64,000 nucleotides of DNA from the human T2T-CHM13v2.0 reference genome, Homo sapiens. Positions within the stretch are counted from its first letter, which is position 1. Every line of letters begins with the position of its first letter. Shown here piece after piece: positions 57,535-64,000 of the stretch. Where the stretch lies: NCBI RefSeq assembly GCF_009914755.1, contig NC_060925.1; one strand, 5' to 3'. The notes below the pieces were generated by a model, which saw only the letters and a list, made by a program, of their open reading frames with translations, had not been told where the DNA came from and searched no databases. A program made the translations under genes and the position numbers.

Positions 57535-60050
57535 AAATCAATATTTTTTAAGAGGTTAAATGTTTGTTCTATATGTCACATAGGAAGGAAATGAGGAGCC
57601 AATATTAAAATGAGGCCTGTCTGCGGTCCAGACCTAGATGTTTTGAGCTGCATATGCTAGAGGGCAAATTTGAATTCTGATTGCCAGGTTGAAGCCAAAA
57701 GTGCTAGTCAAGTCAATTACTAATTTGAAAAACTATACAGTCAGCACTGGAGAATATTTCTTTTAAATAAATTGGGCATCTGTCAATTGAAATCGGGAGT
57801 TCCAATTGGTCAAAGTAAGCCAACAGCGTATTTATAAATGAGTTCTGCCGATCATATTTTTGAATATATAAGAATCATTTTCAATTAGTACACTAATTAT
57901 TAGTATGTCGAAGGACACTATTAAAAGATTCAAAAACAACTTCTTCCCATCGATGAGTAAATCAGTCCCATGATATTAAGTTTATAATATTTGCTTGCAG
58001 AGTAAACTTTGCTTTCAAGACTGTGCAAAGTTAAATGTCTGACTTTACTATGTTTTTAATTCATTTAAAGTCTATATTTTAAGGCACTTCATATAAATAT
58101 AAATATAAACACAGGACATGAGCTAAATAATTCCAAAAGTTTTTGTGAAAAACTTCTGATCCCTGGCTGACAAAGTATAATAGACAAAGTATCCCTCATT
58201 GTCTATTACTCACTCCTCTGCCCAAGTGCTAGAACTTCAGCTGAGCACAGAATGCTTTAATTTGGAGATGAAGAAGGGTCTTTTTTTTCTAAGTAGAAAG
58301 CATACCATTGAGAATATGAATCACTTAGGGTGACATTAAATCTTGCAAAGAGATAATATATGTCCCTGTGGTGGCTCAAGAGACTAACAATAAATGTTAA
58401 ATATTAATAAGATTGTGGAAATCCTCATGGATACTGTCATAAAGTAGCAGTAGAAAAGGGAAAAAGACAGAGAAAATAAAAAGCATGGATCTATGTAGTG
58501 GTCTTTACCATCGTGCAGTGTATGCTTTATATTTGGGGAAAAAGTAAATAAAGAGAAGCGATCATGGAACCCACAGGGAAAACCCAGATTTGGGGGCATA
58601 TAAAATTTAAAAAATAGATCATATTCTTCAGAGATAGGGAGGCAGTGGCCTCTCCTCCTGTGCTATAAGATGCAAAGGAATTAGTCCACATTTTGAGGAA
58701 GAATTCCCTTATGAAGCTTGAGAGTGAATCCATGTGCTCTCGAGTTCATGGTTTTCTTAGCTTTTGCACTTGCTTTGGTCTCGAGGGATGACAGAAACAA
58801 TAGTGCTGACAGAGGACGGTAGTGTCAAGCCATCACTCAGAGAGCAACGGCTGGCTGGGCTAGGCCAGGACTCAGCCCTACCTAGTGTCTCCTCTTCAAA
58901 GCCCGAAGCCTTCCAAGTCTCTGAGTATATCTGCAGACCAATTATAAGAAAGAATTTCTGTCGATAACGCTGGCTCACCCTGCACTTAATTCTGAAATGA
59001 GTCCTACTTTTAGACTCCCTTCCTTCCACCCTGACTATACCAAGCCTGATGGATGGGGGCACGTGGGCCAGGCCGGGATGGTCTCTGACTGAAGAGAAAA
59101 TGCATTTTCTCACACATAAAATAAAAACAGAAAAAAAGGCAAGAAAGCACTATGTTTACATCCTCTTGAGGGTGCAGACCCATGTCTAGTTTGGATTGCT
59201 ACATTAAAAAAAAAAAATCTGGATCTACTGGAGGTAGTGAGCAGAATAGTAAAGAAAACTAGTTGAAGGCTAAGTAAACTGTGTACAGCCCACGGGGAGT
59301 ATGTGGAGCCTCTCACGTAGGCATATACCATCTCCATCAGATGCAGGTGGGTCTGGATGCCAAAAACCAAAGAAGACGTGAATCTAGATGTGTTTTGGGA
59401 GGAGTGAAGGTTGAGAGCCACATGGCAGGAGAGAAAGACCTTGAGAAGGACTTGGTGTGTGACCAGAGTACAGCTGAAGGGCCACATGGCCTACACATCC
59501 CAATTTTACAATAAAACCTGGACTAACTGTGAAAGATGAAAATGAAAAGATGGAAAATGGGAAGAGTCTAATAAGATTTTCACTTGGACGGACTTGTTTC
59601 ATCTTGGAAAAGGAAGAAAGATAGGAGAATTAGTATATATTTGCAAATTCATTAAATATTATTTTGAGAACAAGAGGTAATCTGAGGGGTTTTTTTTTTT
59701 GCTCTATCTTTTGTCCATTTTCCGTTTTTAATTAAAGAAATATAGGTCAATTAGGCCACTTGACCCAAGTTTGATCAAATTCTACCAAAGATGAATGTGA
59801 TATCTCTCTCCATAGCATTTTTCCTAAAAACAGGTAGTCTGACTTGAATTTTCATTTGTTTAAAATGAGAGATTGAATCAGATGACCCCAGACTGTTCCC
59901 AAATCTGTATTTTTTAATTAGGAAAGAAAATTTCCTTTTCAAGCATGCATGGATTGACAAAGGAGGAGTTTTTTTTCTTCTCTGAAGGCACTGCCCTCGG
60001 TGTGAGGGTTGGGGAGGAAAGTGAGATTTCCTAGCTATCTTAGAGTTTAG

Positions 60051-60077
60051 AACCACAGAGCACAGAGGAAGTGAAAG
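60051..60077 (+). promoter_or_regulatory. Candidate RUNX + ETS-IRF composite (EICE) motif pair
   Basis: AACCACA (60051-60057) and GAGGAAGTGAAAG (60065-60077) in non-repeat DNA. Motif match only. Confidence 0.35.
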
Positions 60078-60509
60078 CAGAAGGGGAGCCTTTGCTCCTC
60101 CTCACACAGCAACAGAGCAGGAGAGCTGCATGCTGAAAAGAGCTGCACACAAAAATGCTTGTGCATGCCACTCAATTTCTTCTGCTTCCAAACACTTCAG
60201 TTTACTTAGTTGCACTGAAGCACATTTTACACGGGACTAAAGGAAAAGGAATATGTCACGGTAAAGTGGGGGCATGGTGTATCCTTATGTTTTGCAAGAA
60301 GAAAATCTGAGCTTCCTTTAAATAAACAATCATTTATTTATGAAGGCATCTTTTTGGGACAAAATGACAAGATCCTTATTTCCTCATTGTCTGTGAGTCA
60401 GAGCAATAATTTCCCTTTAATGCTGGGGGTCAAAAGATGACATATCTGATCACCATTCACCAGATACATATTTGAGAAACAGGAGGACAGACTTCAGTGA
60501 CAGAATAGA

Positions 60510-61345
<836 letters not shown>

Positions 61346-61729
61346 GCAAATAAAAGTGTCTATCTAACACAGTAACTTGGAAAGAGTAAGGAATTTATTC
61401 TAGACAGGACTGAGTTCCAAGTCCCAACACTATTATTGATAAGAAATAATTATAGAGAAGTAGAAAAACTTGGGACCAGCCATCTGGAAACCTGAGTCCT
61501 TCGTCTCTCTTGTGTCTCCAAGAATGAACCCAGTTGACTAGAAGACTCTGAGAGTTTCTTCCAGCCCAACAGTGGCTCGTTCCAAGCTCTGATGTGTCAT
61601 GACTAGGGTTTGGAAGGGGCATGGTTTCTGCCCTTACGACCAATGAGCAGTAGGTGCTGCTGGGTCTCTCCCCTTCCCCAAGTCATCTTATCACCTTGGA
61701 AAGTGTTGTATGAGGCATAGAGGAGAGGC

Positions 61730-61960
61730 ACTTTTGAGCACATTAAGATCAAACAGACTTGAGTTTGAGTTTTTGCTCTGCCATTTACGAGTCTGACCTT
61801 GGGCAAATTACTCAAATCATCCCTCTGTGCCTCAGTTTCTGTGTGGGAATATAATTTATATGTATATTGCAGGGTAGTTATGAAGAATAAAGAAAATGTT
61901 TGGATGGCACCTAGTACAATTTTTGGCACAAGAAAAACAGCATTCAATAAATAATAACTA
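61730..61960 (+). mobile_element. MIR
   Basis: CAGACTTGAGTTTGAG..GCTCTGCCATTTAC..TGACCTTGGGCAAATTAC..CTCTGTGCCTCAGTTTC. Confidence 0.8.
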
Positions 61961-62384
61961 CTTTCACTATGACTGTTATTATGTGTGGTTGCTGTCGTGA
62001 CTCTAGTGTTCCTAGACCTAAGCACAATGACGACACAGGAATTTGTCTCCAGCTCTCTCCTTCTCCCAAGCATTACAACCTTCTCCTTACGTCCATGTGG
62101 GTCTATTTCACTTTCACTACCTTGTTTCCATCTATCTTTTCCAGGCACTCACAACCAGTCCAGAACTATTTATTACCATCTTTTCTTGATATTGCCCTGG
62201 TCCCCTCTAGAACAATGAAATGTCTCTTGCATATTTCTTATCCGTATAGGTTTGCTTCCTGTACTTCACACTTTTCTATGTTCATAAAACACTGCTACTG
62301 GGCTAAAGATGAGCTGCTATCATCTATATGTATTCATATTAAAGCCATTTGGGGACATGATCTTCATTCATTTCACTAAAATCA

Positions 62385-62740
<356 letters not shown>

Positions 62741-63649
62741 TCCCCAAAAGTCAATCATAGACTAATTTTTAAAACTAATAATCGTAAGAACTCCATCAAG
62801 TCAGTGCGTTCACTCCCCAGTGCGTTCACTCCCCACATACCCAGCAGACATGGTAAAAATGCATGGCAAGAAACTCTCACCAGCTGATCCAACTTTGCGA
62901 GTTAGTCCAGCCACCCTCACTTCTAGCCAGTCAGCCTTAGCCCAGAAGGCACTGAAATCAGAAAACCCTGAGGAAGTGAGCATGGAAGTGTGAGAGAGAG
63001 AGCTTTGTAAAGACTCTCTTGCCAGCTAAAATGAGAGGCTGTCATTTTTCAAAGACAGAGAGGGGCAAAGGTGAGAAGTCAGCCTACCAAGAAGATACCG
63101 GCAGTGTTGAACCTATGATTTCAACTTAGATATACAACTTAGTTGCCAAGAAAGCTGTGTCTGAGATATCTTGGAAAGAAATAACACCCTGGATTGATGG
63201 GCTAGACCTGAGGGAGTTTGTGGATTTAAAAGCAGTCCATCCAGCCTGTCTGCCCCAGACTTCAGTAAAAGTCTGCCTTTAACTGTGCCACTCAGACAGG
63301 AGTTAAAAGAGGCCCACGCTAGAAAAACAGTTTCAACTTGGAAGATAAAAGTTGCTGAATTCTTACTCAGCCCCTTGTCTGATCCTAACTTTGTACCCAG
63401 ATTTAATTCTTTTTATACCTTGAGTTACTTGTAAATTGCTTTGAAGACAAAATCAAGACTTGCTCATTTATTAAATTCCCCAGTGTGGCTAACGCAGAAC
63501 TTTGCACATAATGCCATTCCCATTAAATGTTTCTTAAGTCGATCTCTAAAATAAACCATGCTTAGGGATTTAAGAAACTACGGATCATGATTTTATTAGG
63601 TGTGATGGGATTGTTCTGTATTACATACATGGGAAGCCATCTAGGGTTG

Positions 63650-64000
63650 TGGGGCAAGGCATGACGTTTTGAGTCAGTCTGACCTGGGTTTAAGTTCCTG
63701 TGCAGCCATTCTCTGCCATGTGACTTTGGCAAGTTGCTTTTTCCATGTGTGTTCATCTCTGGGCTCATCCCTGAGCTGCCTATTTCTAAGCCTCAGTTTC
63801 CTCATCTGCAAAATAGGGATTCTCATAGTACCTGCTGCATGGAACAATAACAGTATCTACTTCAAAGAATCTACTTCTTAATAAGAGTAATCCCTCATAG
63901 TCCTTTGGGGGATTAAGTGGGAATCATGGTTATACAGCTCTTAGCACAGTTGCCAGCATATATCTGTGCCTCATTAAAGGGGAGCTATTAATAATAATAA
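63650..64000 (+). mobile_element. MIR (possibly two pieces)
   Basis: GAGTCAGTCTGACCTGGGTT..TGTGACTTTGGCAAG..CCTCAGTTTCCTCATCTGCAAAATAGGG..CTTAGCACAGT. Confidence 0.75.

Noticed and set aside
61603-62379. Overlapping 181-aa and 136-aa ORFs
   Set aside because: Partly antisense MIR (TETEAQR..LPKV pattern). No recognisable domain or convincing splice structure.

Overview
Primate (most likely human) AT-rich, CpG-poor genomic DNA, intronic or intergenic. No protein-coding gene, tRNA, rRNA or CRISPR array can be supported: the informative ORFs in the track come from Alu, L1, MaLR or ERV-L sequence, and the rest are short and unrecognisable. Much of the window is interspersed repeat: 15 Alus, several L1s (including an ancient, nearly full-span L1M carrying nested insertions), L2/MIR relics, DNA transposons (MER33-, Tigger3a- and MER6-like) and solo MaLR LTRs. 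The main find is a 10.2-kb chimeric provirus (42897-53090) bounded by one 5-bp target-site duplication (CAGTA): MLT2 LTR > MaLR internal region > MST-type MaLR LTR > ERV-L gag/pol/dUTPase > MLT2 LTR. Both family switches fall at the primer-binding site, i.e. a one-LTR MaLR unit sits inside its presumed autonomous helper. The provirus also contains an inverted duplication with microhomology junctions, a fold-back hairpin scar, and a retroposed unique-sequence insert with an 18-bp TSD. Repeat subfamily names are from remembered consensus sequences, not a database search. Boundaries of old repeats are approximate.
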